From a candidate division FCPU426 bacterium (GTDB lineage Bacteria > Oederibacteriota > Muellerivitia > Muellerivitales > Muellerivitaceae): a DNA stretch of 64,000 nucleotides. Both the position numbers and the translations under genes were made by a program. Below are positions 1 through 9,592 of this stretch, in pieces; within the stretch, counting starts at the first letter, position 1; every line of letters begins with the position of its first letter. The notes below the pieces were generated by a model. That model was not told the DNA's origin and ran no database searches. It saw nothing but the letters and a program-made list of their open reading frames with translations. The stretch lies in assembly GCA_963738405.1 (NCBI GenBank), contig CAVTWJ010000009.1, positions 128,001-192,000 on the forward strand, read 5' to 3'.

Positions 1-660
1 TTCTATTTTTGTATTATTGTCATACCTATTTAAAGTGCCTTTTACTGCAACGCCGGAACCAGACTCCATCTCTAAATCTATATTCGGTACTGGTGGGGCC
101 ACACCACTAATGTAATCGGATAATAAAAGTAAAACCTGTTTGCCTTGAACTATCATTAATGACGCATTTTCGGCGCTGTGTTTAACTTTATTAATGGCCT
201 CTTCGCATAAATTGTTCGCGCATTTACCAGTAGTTAAATAATAAAGTTGTAATTTATATCCCTTTTTTAATTTCCGCCGCACTTCCCGCAATCTATTTTC
301 CAGATTAGGATCAATTGTTTTTATGTAATTATTAAATTCTTCTTCTGTGCCAGTTAGGTTGTTTGCCAAATCAGCAAATTCGAAAACGTCAGCTCTTTTT
401 TCGCTGCTTTTACTAAAATATTTTCGGTACTTGCCTTGAACGATAATTACTAAATTTAACTTTTCGTCAATTAAAATCGCATCGACGGCTTTATCATTTG
501 TTTTTCCGGTTAATGCCTTAATAGCCGCGTCTTCATCTTCAGTTATAAAAGCTCTCAGAAACCATGTGTTGAATAAGTCGTTGAGAGATAATTTAGGGAA
601 TTTTTCTTTAAAGGATTCCAATTCTTTTTTCAAATCATTTTCATTAAGTAAAGATTCCAC
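1..660 (-). CDS. AIPR-like (abortive infection phage resistance) protein, N-terminal part, runs off the window
   Basis: Not in the ORF track. GTG at 660 after a GAGGA SD; reads MESLLNENDL...TGKTNDKAVDAILID...VQGKY (DxxxDA...QxK motif typical of AIPR N-termini); follows type III Res directly. Confidence 0.65.
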   Translation of the reverse strand, partial: MESLLNENDLKKELESFKEKFPKLSLNDLFNTWFLRAFITEDEDAAIKALTGKTNDKAVDAILIDEKLNLVIIVQGKYRKYFSKSSEKRADVFEFADLANNLTGTEEEFNNYIKTIDPNLENRLREVRRKLKKGYKLQLYYLTTGKCANNLCEEAINKVKHSAENASLMIVQGKQVLLLLSDYISGVAPPVPNIDLEMESGSGVAVKGTLNRYDNNTKIE

Positions 661-670
661 AACATTCCTC

Positions 671-3382
671 CTAATTTGCGATTAAATATTTTAGTGATAA
701 ATGTTGGAATGTGGTTGCGGCGTCAATTCCGGTTTCAGGAATAAGCAAATATGACCAAGGCTTACCCCCGATAGTAGCTTCATATTCACTTGCTCTTTTG
801 CACCACAAAACAGCGGCACGCGTCTTTTCTTCTACGTCTTTGTTTTTTATCTCATCATCATCTTTGACTTCACAAACGTATTTGGCTGAATTAGATTCAA
901 CTATGAAATCCGGCCTATATTGGCTTTCGCCTATTAAATAAATACGAATATCGTGATCGTTAGGCCGGAACCACTTTAATACATCGTTGGGGCCTTCCAA
1001 TATAATTGCAAAACGGCGTTCTGGATCTGAATCGAATTTTTGGTATTGGAAAAGGCATTTTTTAAAACCCGAAAAGACCATAGAACGGATTCGAATCCGG
1101 TCCATAACTGGTATATGAAAATCGACAGGATTTTCTCCGACCGTTCTCGCCATTCCATGACTACTTCGAAAAATATCATGAGCATCATGAACTTCCGCCT
1201 CGAATTGGGTAACGATTTGCTTAAAATGATCCTGCATTTGACCGTGAATCAAATCGACGAGTGGAGATTGGTAATAGGCAAGAACATTCCTGATTTCTTT
1301 TTCATCTTTCAAATAGCTACGCAGATGAACCACCATCTGGCCAGCTAATTTGTAAAGCAGGGCCTGATCCTGATCGTAATTGATATCGTTCTTGTCTATT
1401 AGTCCTCTAACAAGGTGATCCTCAAGCCGCACTTCCGGATGGGTGCCTGTGCCACCAGAAAGGCGTTCTTGATCATTGGTGCGAAGATGCTGAATAAGAA
1501 TATTTTCTTCAACCGGTTGGTAATGAACAGCTGATGGGTCCAGGTCGAAATCTTGAAAACCACTCTCCTTCACATCCTTAGCCGTGATATTAATTTTTGG
1601 AACAACAATAAAACGGTCTAAAAATAATTCAGATACCTTTGCTGCGATCTGTGTAATATCCACCCTAGATTGGGTTACACCAACTAACTCTTCCTGAGTA
1701 GGTCCTAACTGACTTTGGACCCATTGGACAATTTTACTCTGTGTTTCTTTTTCTTTTAATTGGCTTAACCTGTGTAAAGGGACGATTTCCTGAATAGCGG
1801 TCAAAGCAAAATCTGCAACTTTTCGTTCCTCTTCCGTTGAAAAAAGAGCAGGGACTTCATCTGCACCTGGATGAATAATACTTGGATCAGGCCGCCAAAG
1901 CGCTGTCACGGCGTTAGGGGCATCTACCACTTCTTGGCGTTGAATGGAAATATCTTTTCCAATAATGACACCAGTTCGGATAATCGAATCTGGTTTATGG
2001 GCTTCATCGATTATTTCTTGGAATCGGTCATGTGAGACGATAGTCAAACGATCAACGGCCACCACCCCGGTTCGACGCCCATAGGGAAGTCGCAAACCTC
2101 GCCCAATGCTCTGCTCAACTAAAGTTTTAGAATTAGCTGCCCGGAGTGGAACAATCGTATACAAATTAGTGACATCCCAACCTTCTTTGAGCATGTTCAC
2201 ATGGATTACGATTTCAACAGGATTAGTTAAACTTTCAACCGTTAGTAATTTTGCAACGATATGATCTTTTTCTTCTTTACCACGACCCTCACCCGAGTGG
2301 ACTGTGATAATTTTACCTTTATAACTACCTTCAAAAAAAGAATCGCTTTCCATCAAGGTTTGCAAATTTCCAGCATGTTCAATATCGGTTGCTACTACCA
2401 GCATAAAGGGTTTTTTACGGTCCACGCCCTTGTCTCGGGCATAAAGATCCAATTTAACCTTTGTATCTTCATGGACACGGATTCCATCCTCAAGTTTTAA
2501 AAGTTCTAATTCTTCTGGGTTATAACTATCAGTACTAAAATTTTCTCTAGTAGCCACGGCAGGTTCTTTAACAAAACCGTCCTTCATAGCTTCCGATAGG
2601 GGATAACTATAAATAACATTTTTAAATGCAACCTGGGTTCCACCGGTTTCAATATGCGGAGTTGCGGTTAGTTCCAAACCCAAAATCGGATTAAGTTCAT
2701 TTATTGCTTTGAGACCAGCAGCGGCTCTATAACGATGACTTTCATCCATTAATAAAACTAAATCGGGCAAATTACTTAGGTATTCAAAATAGCTCTGTCC
2801 AATGTATTCGCTGAGTCTTTTAATTCGAGGGGCATTTCCTGCACGAACTTCACTTGTAATTTTGCTGATATTGAAAATGTTGATATGAGGTTCACCGCTA
2901 TCCCACATTCGCAATTGTGAACGAGCTTCGTTTCGTACTCCGCGTCCTTGTTCATAGTTATCGCCTGTAATAATTTCGGGAGTATTCGTTACGAAATCGG
3001 CTATTCCAGTAAAAACATATTTAGGGGTGCCTGGTGTGAAATCGGAAATTAGTTTGTTGTAAATTGTTAGGTTAGGAGCCAACACAAAAAAGTGCCGACT
3101 GCGATGGGTTCGGTACAAATAGGCAATAAAGGCACCCATAAGCCGAGTTTTACCCACTCCGGTTGCTAGGGCAAAACAAAGTGATGGGAATTCTCGTTCA
3201 AAATCCTGCACAGTTGAATAGTTAGCCTTAATGGTCTCTAGCGTTGAAATCGAATTTTGCTCTTTATGAAAAGCTACCTTTTCATCTAAGTCGGCTAAAA
3301 TTTCTAGCGAACGTCGCTGTGGTTCCCTAAGTGATAGGCGTTGTGTGATATAGCTGATTTGTTGTGAGTTTAGTGGGTACAT
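671..3382 (-). CDS. res: Type III restriction endonuclease (Res) subunit, SF2 helicase plus PD-(D/E)xK nuclease
   Basis: LATGVGKT Walker A, DESH, LKEGWDV, QSIGRGLR, C-terminal YRPDF...EVK. Confidence 0.9.
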   Translation of the reverse strand: MYPLNSQQISYITQRLSLREPQRRSLEILADLDEKVAFHKEQNSISTLETIKANYSTVQDFEREFPSLCFALATGVGKTRLMGAFIAYLYRTHRSRHFFVLAPNLTIYNKLISDFTPGTPKYVFTGIADFVTNTPEIITGDNYEQGRGVRNEARSQLRMWDSGEPHINIFNISKITSEVRAGNAPRIKRLSEYIGQSYFEYLSNLPDLVLLMDESHRYRAAAGLKAINELNPILGLELTATPHIETGGTQVAFKNVIYSYPLSEAMKDGFVKEPAVATRENFSTDSYNPEELELLKLEDGIRVHEDTKVKLDLYARDKGVDRKKPFMLVVATDIEHAGNLQTLMESDSFFEGSYKGKIITVHSGEGRGKEEKDHIVAKLLTVESLTNPVEIVIHVNMLKEGWDVTNLYTIVPLRAANSKTLVEQSIGRGLRLPYGRRTGVVAVDRLTIVSHDRFQEIIDEAHKPDSIIRTGVIIGKDISIQRQEVVDAPNAVTALWRPDPSIIHPGADEVPALFSTEEERKVADFALTAIQEIVPLHRLSQLKEKETQSKIVQWVQSQLGPTQEELVGVTQSRVDITQIAAKVSELFLDRFIVVPKINITAKDVKESGFQDFDLDPSAVHYQPVEENILIQHLRTNDQERLSGGTGTHPEVRLEDHLVRGLIDKNDINYDQDQALLYKLAGQMVVHLRSYLKDEKEIRNVLAYYQSPLVDLIHGQMQDHFKQIVTQFEAEVHDAHDIFRSSHGMARTVGENPVDFHIPVMDRIRIRSMVFSGFKKCLFQYQKFDSDPERRFAIILEGPNDVLKWFRPNDHDIRIYLIGESQYRPDFIVESNSAKYVCEVKDDDEIKNKDVEEKTRAAVLWCKRASEYEATIGGKPWSYLLIPETGIDAATTFQHLSLKYLIAN

Positions 3383-3385
3383 TCG

Positions 3386-5074
3386 TTATCTCTTCTTTGA
3401 ATTTTGGGATTTATTTTTCTCGTTAAACAAATCAGATTGCCCGGTTGTAACGGATTTGGAAATTTTGTGATTATTTATGTTTTCTTCGATTTCTTCATTC
3501 TCGTCCTCTACCACCGGCAACTGGCTTACTGCCATGCTATAGTCATCTTTATCCCATTCCGCTTTATCCAAAACAGCTTTTGGGATTTTCTTTAGCGACA
3601 AATTGCCCCATTGGGTTAGGTCTTTTGCTCTCCAAGCACCGCAACAAATCAATAAACTGCGTTTAGAACCCACCTCATCACTAATCTTGACCAATTGTTC
3701 AACTGTTAAAGTTTGTGTCGTCACGTATATAAAGTCATTTTCGGTGGACTGACCGTGTCGCCAAAATTCAGTTTCGCTTGGGGAATAAGTAAAGCCTTCT
3801 AATTTGCAAACGGCTTCGGCTACCAACTCGGGATTGAATGTTGGATTAATAACCTCATTCCCCCAAGAATCCTTTTTAATCAGCGAAGGGGCAAGTCTGT
3901 AATATCTAAATCCACCGCCACCTTTCCAACCAATAGATTCGCTAATACCACCTTGGTCAGTCCCATCAATAACTTTTTTAAGTCGAGGAATGATATGGGT
4001 ATGGCAATGTTCTCCCAGTTCTATCATTATCCAACGACGACCCATTTTGTGCGCTACTGCCCCAGTGGTGCCTGAACCAGCAAATGAATCGAGAACAAAA
4101 TCGCCAGGGTTAGTAGAAATTTGTAAAATTCTTTGAATTAAACGTTCTGGTTTCGGTGTAGCGAAAACAGGCGCTGTTGGTAACAAAGTTGCAATTTCTG
4201 CACTCGCTTCTCTTGTTGTACCTGCATCGTCACCTAACCATATGCTTTCGGGAACTCTTCCGTCTTGATCTTCCAAATATATCTTTCTCAAAATCCTTGA
4301 TTCGCCATCTACAAAAGTGATTTCTCCAGTAGAAACCTTTTCATAAAACGTTTCCTTAGACCAGCGCCAACCTTTATCTGGGGGCGCAATTTTATTCCCG
4401 TTTGGTGTTTCAATGACGTATTTTAAATTTTCCCTAAGATTAGGGCTCCGGACATCACCGCTTCTCCACAAGCCGCGCGGATCACTATCAGGGTTTGAAT
4501 AATTAATGTTATTTTCTTCAGTCCTGGGCAGTTTATTACGAATAAATTTATCTGACTTTTGATAAACCAAAATGTAGTTGTGATGTAATGAAAGTTGTTT
4601 CGCGTCGTTTTTGCCTTGAATACTGTGTTGCCAAGTAATAGAACCGAAAAAATTATCCCTGCCGAACATTTCGTCGCATAGGATTTTTAAATAGTGGCAT
4701 TCATTATCGTCGATAATTATCCAAATACTTCCGTCTGGGCTTAACAAGTTTCTCAGTAATTCCAACCGATCCCGCATTAAACTTAACCAAATGGAATGTT
4801 CTACGCCGTCTTTGTAATGTTCAAATGCACTACCTGTATTGTAAGGTGGGTCAATGCAAACACATTTTATTTTTCCAGCGAACTCGTTTTCCAATGCCTT
4901 TAATCCTAATAGGTTGTCTCCGAAAATTAGTCGATTATCAAATTGATCAACATCTCGTCGAGTTTTAGAGTGAAATGAATTTGCGAAGTCGTGGATAAGA
5001 ACCCGCGGTTCAAACTTCGGCCTGTTATCTTTGCCAATCCAAGTAAGTTCAAGTTTTGTTTTTTGCCCGTTCAT
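3386..5074 (-). CDS. mod: Type III R-M Mod subunit, amino (N6-A) DNA methyltransferase
   Basis: DPPY motif, FATPKPERL, DSFAGSGTTG (beta-class order). Confidence 0.9.
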   Translation of the reverse strand: MNGQKTKLELTWIGKDNRPKFEPRVLIHDFANSFHSKTRRDVDQFDNRLIFGDNLLGLKALENEFAGKIKCVCIDPPYNTGSAFEHYKDGVEHSIWLSLMRDRLELLRNLLSPDGSIWIIIDDNECHYLKILCDEMFGRDNFFGSITWQHSIQGKNDAKQLSLHHNYILVYQKSDKFIRNKLPRTEENNINYSNPDSDPRGLWRSGDVRSPNLRENLKYVIETPNGNKIAPPDKGWRWSKETFYEKVSTGEITFVDGESRILRKIYLEDQDGRVPESIWLGDDAGTTREASAEIATLLPTAPVFATPKPERLIQRILQISTNPGDFVLDSFAGSGTTGAVAHKMGRRWIMIELGEHCHTHIIPRLKKVIDGTDQGGISESIGWKGGGGFRYYRLAPSLIKKDSWGNEVINPTFNPELVAEAVCKLEGFTYSPSETEFWRHGQSTENDFIYVTTQTLTVEQLVKISDEVGSKRSLLICCGAWRAKDLTQWGNLSLKKIPKAVLDKAEWDKDDYSMAVSQLPVVEDENEEIEENINNHKISKSVTTGQSDLFNEKNKSQNSKKR

Positions 5075-5117
5075 TTTCGATCCATTTTCGTAGATGTATT
5101 TCTAACGCTTAGTAAAC

Positions 5118-8003
5118 TTATTGAATTGTCCACCGAACGGTGAATAATTCACTTGTCTTCATTTGTCTTCCCATTCTCTCCTGAAGTTCTTGAACTAAAG
5201 ATTGGTGCTTCTCGTCCAATTCATCCTGGGCGGCAAAGATCTGAACTCGTTTTCTCTTCAATTGAACTTGTAACTCCGCGATTTTTTGTTGAATCTCAAC
5301 TTTTTCAGCTAGACTCGGCACTCGTAGGCTTTGTCGGCGGGCTTCTTTGATTTCGCGTTCAATGGAAGTCAACTCGAAATCCAGGCCTTGTTTTTGATCT
5401 TCGTGCCAAAGCTCCAGCTTGTCTAATTCGGTTTCAAAGTAGTTACGATTTCTTTCCTCCATCTGACTTAACAAAATACCGCGTTGATTTTCAGTTTGAG
5501 TTATCAGAATATCTGGGCAAGAGAGATTACATTGAGTCGAACTTAGAACATTAAGTCCTAACAAACGGCGACATTGGTCAGTATCTAACGGTTGGCCATC
5601 TTCTGTGATGCCAGCCCAAATTAAGTATTCCTCAAGTTGCAATGTATGTACTGCAACTTTAGAAAGACTTAACCAGCCAGATTTACCTAGCAAAGTTTGA
5701 ATAGCGGCTATATTTAAACGGGAACCGGTTAAATCAAGGGTTATATCTGCTGAAGGTAATTTACGAAGTTCCCATTGGTCCAATAAACGCTGGGCAAGAG
5801 GATGACCGACTCTAAAAAGGTAAGTATCTTCGACATTACGCCCTGTTCGATAAGGCCCCTCGGGTATTTCCTCACCAACGAATGGATTTTCTTTAAGAAA
5901 AAAATATTTACCTTCTGGTCCTTCTTTAAACTCTGCAAAATCACGTAATGACCAAGCAGCTAAATCCCAAAGCCAACGACTATAACGATCACGGCCTGCA
6001 ATAGCTAAATCGTCACTAAGACGCAATTTTTCTTGAACTTCGACATCGAAATTCTCTAATAATTGTTGGCGTGTTTGATCCAAACGTTCTTGAATGGGAA
6101 TTTCTAATTCCGTTCGTAGTTGTTCAAAGCTTTTGTCGATCTGTTCAGGTGTTCGACAGTGTTGATAAATATCAGCGATTCTTTTTTCGAAGTCTACGCC
6201 GCTTTCTAATGTACTTAGTACTTGGTCACTCGCGCCAAAAACACCTTCGAAAAGCTTGAACTTTTCGTCTAAAAGCTCAAATACGCGTCTATCGACTTCA
6301 TTATCGAGATTTACAAAATTAACCACTACGACGTCATGCTTTTGGCCATAACGATGACAGCGGCCAATTCTTTGTTCTATGCGTTGGGGATTCCATGGCA
6401 GGTCGTAATTAACGACTAAGTTACAAAATTGGAGGTTGATACCTTCTGCGGCTGCCTCTGTCGCAATCATAATCTGGCCATCTTCTCGGAAATAATCGAC
6501 TAAAGCTTGGCGTGTATCCGCTGTTTTTGAGCCACTGATACGAGAAGTGTTAGCATGTTTGGAAAGCCAAGCTTGATACAAAGCTTTTGCTTGGGGGCCG
6601 TTGTTACTGCCGTTGAAAAGTAATATTTTCCCATGCCATTGGCTTTTTTCGAGTAAACCCAATAGGTATTCTTGGGTTCTGGTAGATTCGGTAAAGATAA
6701 CTGCCTTTTCTGGTGCTCCCAACTCTCTTGCTTTATCAAAACCCTTCGCTAAAGCGGTCAATAAAGCTTCGCCTTTAGAATTACTGTTTATGCTTTCCGC
6801 AAGGGCCTGGAATTCACGTAATCGAGCTATTTCTAGGCGCATTTTTCGTTTTTCTTCTTCTGTGTAGACACGAACTGGTTTTGCTTCGCCGTCTTCTGTT
6901 TCCTGTTCCTCATCATCATCCACCCATTCATCTGGTTGGGCTTCACCGCCTTCATAACCTGGCGTGACCGCTTCGATGTCAAGTTCGGGTGGTGCTGGGG
7001 CAGAAGCTTGTTCTTCAAGTTTTTCCGCCAAATGGTGAAGTGTGCCGGAAATAGCAAAACTCGAGCTTGCTAATAGTTTTCGAACAATCATGGTCATCAG
7101 GGCTCGCTGACTTTTTGGCAAAGCAAAGAGCGTATCTTCTTGCAAGTAATCGGATATTAAATCATATAGTTCTTGTTCCTCTGGTTTAGGATGAAACCCT
7201 TCAGTTATAGACAAGCGGTTCGTATAACGAACGTATTCCAAAACCTGGCGTCTAAGTGTTCGTTGGCAAAGAGGTTTAAGTCTTTCCTTTAAAAGACGAA
7301 AAGAAGAGCCTTGAGTTAAGTTGGAAAATTGGGCTTTAAAAGCTTCTAAAGATCCAAACGCATGGTCGTCAACCAAGCTCACCAGCCCATAAAGTTCTAA
7401 TAGGGAATTTTGTAGTGGCGTAGCAGTTAGAAGGATTTTTGGGTGTTGTGCCAATGCTTCTTTGATTATGTTGGCGATTTTCGCAGTGGGTTTATATACA
7501 TTTCGCAAACGATGGGCTTCGTCAATTACTACCAAATCCCAAGAAGTCCCTTTTACGTAGGACGCTTTAGCTTTTGCGAAATGTAGGGAAGTAATAACCA
7601 CTCGATCTGTTTGGTCAAACGGATTAAAGCGCCCCTTTTCAGTTTCGATATTAAAAGTGGCTTTTTCTAATATAAGAGACTTTAAAAAAAACTTTTGTTC
7701 AAGTTCTTCCGCCCATTGTTTTCGAAGGCTAGCGGGGCAAATAACAAGGAGTCTTCGTTTGCGTTCAGCCCATTTTTGTGAAAGAAGGATGCCTGCTTCA
7801 ATGGTTTTTCCTAAACCCACTTCATCAGCGAGGATAGCCCCGCGAGAAAAAGGTGAACGGAAAGCAAAAAGAGCGGCTTCTACTTGATGGGGATTTAAAT
7901 CGACCTGGGCTTCGGACAAGGTTGCGGCTAATTTATCCATGCTGTCGCTAGGACATTTACGTGTAAGTTCGCTGGCAAGGTATTTAGCGTAGTAGTCGTT
8001 CAT
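5118..8003 (-). CDS. SNF2-family helicase with C-terminal coiled coil
   Basis: LADEVGLGKT, DEAH, LTATP, EGINLQ, YDLPWNP, QRIGRCHRYGQ. Confidence 0.9.
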   Translation of the reverse strand: MNDYYAKYLASELTRKCPSDSMDKLAATLSEAQVDLNPHQVEAALFAFRSPFSRGAILADEVGLGKTIEAGILLSQKWAERKRRLLVICPASLRKQWAEELEQKFFLKSLILEKATFNIETEKGRFNPFDQTDRVVITSLHFAKAKASYVKGTSWDLVVIDEAHRLRNVYKPTAKIANIIKEALAQHPKILLTATPLQNSLLELYGLVSLVDDHAFGSLEAFKAQFSNLTQGSSFRLLKERLKPLCQRTLRRQVLEYVRYTNRLSITEGFHPKPEEQELYDLISDYLQEDTLFALPKSQRALMTMIVRKLLASSSFAISGTLHHLAEKLEEQASAPAPPELDIEAVTPGYEGGEAQPDEWVDDDEEQETEDGEAKPVRVYTEEEKRKMRLEIARLREFQALAESINSNSKGEALLTALAKGFDKARELGAPEKAVIFTESTRTQEYLLGLLEKSQWHGKILLFNGSNNGPQAKALYQAWLSKHANTSRISGSKTADTRQALVDYFREDGQIMIATEAAAEGINLQFCNLVVNYDLPWNPQRIEQRIGRCHRYGQKHDVVVVNFVNLDNEVDRRVFELLDEKFKLFEGVFGASDQVLSTLESGVDFEKRIADIYQHCRTPEQIDKSFEQLRTELEIPIQERLDQTRQQLLENFDVEVQEKLRLSDDLAIAGRDRYSRWLWDLAAWSLRDFAEFKEGPEGKYFFLKENPFVGEEIPEGPYRTGRNVEDTYLFRVGHPLAQRLLDQWELRKLPSADITLDLTGSRLNIAAIQTLLGKSGWLSLSKVAVHTLQLEEYLIWAGITEDGQPLDTDQCRRLLGLNVLSSTQCNLSCPDILITQTENQRGILLSQMEERNRNYFETELDKLELWHEDQKQGLDFELTSIEREIKEARRQSLRVPSLAEKVEIQQKIAELQVQLKRKRVQIFAAQDELDEKHQSLVQELQERMGRQMKTSELFTVRWTIQ

Positions 8004-8178
8004 ACACCCTGAATTCCGGAAAAGTGTGTAAAAGTGTCCAAAAAGGCATCAGCGAGCTTAAAAATTCATCTAATTCTAACCTTTCCAAACTAATCGGTCA
8101 CATCCCATTTATTGCTTTAGGAATTGTTAAAAGAGTTGTTAGGGGGAGGGTTTGGGAGGGAAAGGCCCAAAGAATCAC

Positions 8179-8201
8179 AAAAAGTCCCGCTAGGGACTTT
8201 T
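8179..8201 (-). terminator. Probable intrinsic terminator after radC
   Basis: AAAAGTCCC-GCTA-GGGACTTTT hairpin with T tract on the minus strand. Confidence 0.55.
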
Positions 8202-8218
8202 CGGAAATTCCCGAAGAG

Positions 8219-8701
8219 TTATGCGAGAAGTCCGGCTTGGCGGAAGGAAAAGTGGCCTTCGTGAGTTACAATCAGGTGGTCATGAACCGTTAGCCCCATG
8301 GCCCTTGCAGCGGTGACGATTTGGCGGGTTAATTGCCTATCTCCTTCGGAAGCTTCAAGGCTTCCCCCTGGGTGGTTGTGAGAAAGAAGCAACCCTGAGG
8401 CGTTAAGCTCTAAAGCTTTCTTCAAGACTTCCCTGGGATAGACGGCGGTATGGTCAACGGTTCCATCTCCCATGAGTACGCAATCCAAAACATGGTTTCT
8501 GTGGTCAACGTACATGACTAAAAAGGACTCGTTGGCCTTCCCGCCTATGAAATTCCGGAAATATTCCGCCGCATCCGCAGGACCCGAAAGACATGGCCCC
8601 CTTTTGTAATCTGCCCTGGCTTCAGCCCAGCTCACCGGGGGAACCGTAGGGGGAACCTTGAACATTACGTCTAATTTCATCTCCAACTGTTTCTTTCTCA
8701 T
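8219..8701 (-). CDS. radC: RadC-like JAB/MPN domain protein (short mobile-element type)
   Basis: VYPREV...SHNHPGG...SEGD...HDHLI. Confidence 0.9.
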   Translation of the reverse strand: MRKKQLEMKLDVMFKVPPTVPPVSWAEARADYKRGPCLSGPADAAEYFRNFIGGKANESFLVMYVDHRNHVLDCVLMGDGTVDHTAVYPREVLKKALELNASGLLLSHNHPGGSLEASEGDRQLTRQIVTAARAMGLTVHDHLIVTHEGHFSFRQAGLLA

Positions 8702-9095
8702 GTGCCCTGCTCCTTAGTTTGTTAGAGGAGAGAGCACCCTCCGGGTGCGCCCCCTCACAAACGCTTGGGGGCGCAAACGGAGCGATAAGAGGAGTTCGCT
8801 TATGGAAAACCGAATCCGGGGGGAAGTGCGTTGTTCGCTTTTAGCATTATTGGGGGAAACGTCAGGCCATCTGTGCGGACGGAATTACCGAGGAACGAGG
8901 TCCGGCCGGCCTGGCGTTTAGGCGCTGTCCGACCCCAACGGCGAAGCCGCCCCCGGTTCGGTTTTCGACAGGATTTACGTTGCTGGGGGTTCCGGGGTGA
9001 TATTCCAACCGGACTAGGGATGGGAATAGGGAAGGGTCGTTTTCCTTTCCTTGGGGGGCCGGGGGAAACGCCACCCGGACAATTGAAGTTGACGA

Positions 9096-9124
9096 TAGAA
9101 ATCTAAAGAATACTTTTGTATAAT
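9096..9124 (+). promoter_or_regulatory. Sigma70-type promoter for the micro-peptide array, probably leaderless transcript
   Basis: TAGAAA (9096-9101), N17, perfect TATAAT (9119-9124); ATG begins at 9131 after 6 intervening nt. Confidence 0.55.
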
Positions 9125-9130
9125 CGTCGT

Positions 9131-9220
9131 ATGAATCATTTTAAAATGAATTTAAATATGGGCCCAAATCCACCTTCTCCTCCACCAGATGATGATGGTA
9201 TAGGAACTAGAGGTAAGTAA
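9131..9220 (+). CDS. Micro-peptide 1 (29 aa) MNHFKMNLNMGPNPPSPPPDDDGIGTRGK
   Basis: Translated by hand; shares the PxPPxD[DE]DG motif with its neighbours; TAA abuts the next ATG. Confidence 0.6.
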   Translation: MNHFKMNLNMGPNPPSPPPDDDGIGTRGK

Positions 9221-9361
9221 ATGAATAATATTGATGACCCGAAAATTCCAGAGGCGGAAAATAATGATGAACGTTCTGAAACCGTATCAAAATCGGAAGT
9301 GTCTGTTCCAGATCCGCCGGTAGATGAAGATGGAACAATTTGGAATTCCAAAGATGAATGA
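9221..9361 (+). CDS. Micro-peptide 2 (46 aa) MNNIDDPKIPEAENNDERSETVSKSEVSVPDPPVDEDGTIWNSKDE
   Basis: GAGGT SD-like sequence upstream; same motif; stop overlaps next start. Confidence 0.6.
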   Translation: MNNIDDPKIPEAENNDERSETVSKSEVSVPDPPVDEDGTIWNSKDE

Positions 9362-9455
9362 TTTCCAAGAAGATCCTAAACCAGAACCAATTCCAGCGCC
9401 TGTTCCCGAACCGCCAGAGGATGAGGATGGAACTATGCAGGAATCCGAGAGATGA
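9354..9455 (+). CDS. Micro-peptide 3 (33 aa) MNDFQEDPKPEPIPAPVPEPPEDEDGTMQESER
   Basis: 8-nt overlap with peptide 2; same motif; ATGA overlap with peptide 4. Confidence 0.6.
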   Translation: MNDFQEDPKPEPIPAPVPEPPEDEDGTMQESER

Positions 9456-9592
9456 GTTTATTTGAACGGGACCCTAATTTAATTCTCCCGCCTGAACCAC
9501 CGCCTGATGATGATGGGATTCTAGGCGCAAGCCCTATTCAACTTCCAGATCCACCTCCAGATGAAGACGGATATTTCGAAAAGAGCTTATAA
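9452..9592 (+). CDS. Micro-peptide 4 (46 aa) MSLFERDPNLILPPEPPPDDDGILGASPIQLPDPPPDEDGYFEKSL, two motif copies
   Basis: ATGA coupling; motif occurs twice. Confidence 0.6.
   Translation: MSLFERDPNLILPPEPPPDDDGILGASPIQLPDPPPDEDGYFEKSL

Noticed and set aside
9136..9351. 71-aa minus-strand ORF in the track
   Set aside because: Antisense shadow of the micro-peptides; its SSS runs mirror GAT/GAA codons and it has a TTG start
9131..9592. One frameshifted pseudogene or a CRISPR-like DNA repeat
   Set aside because: Every break has a coupled stop/start, and similarity is at peptide level with variable codons and spacing
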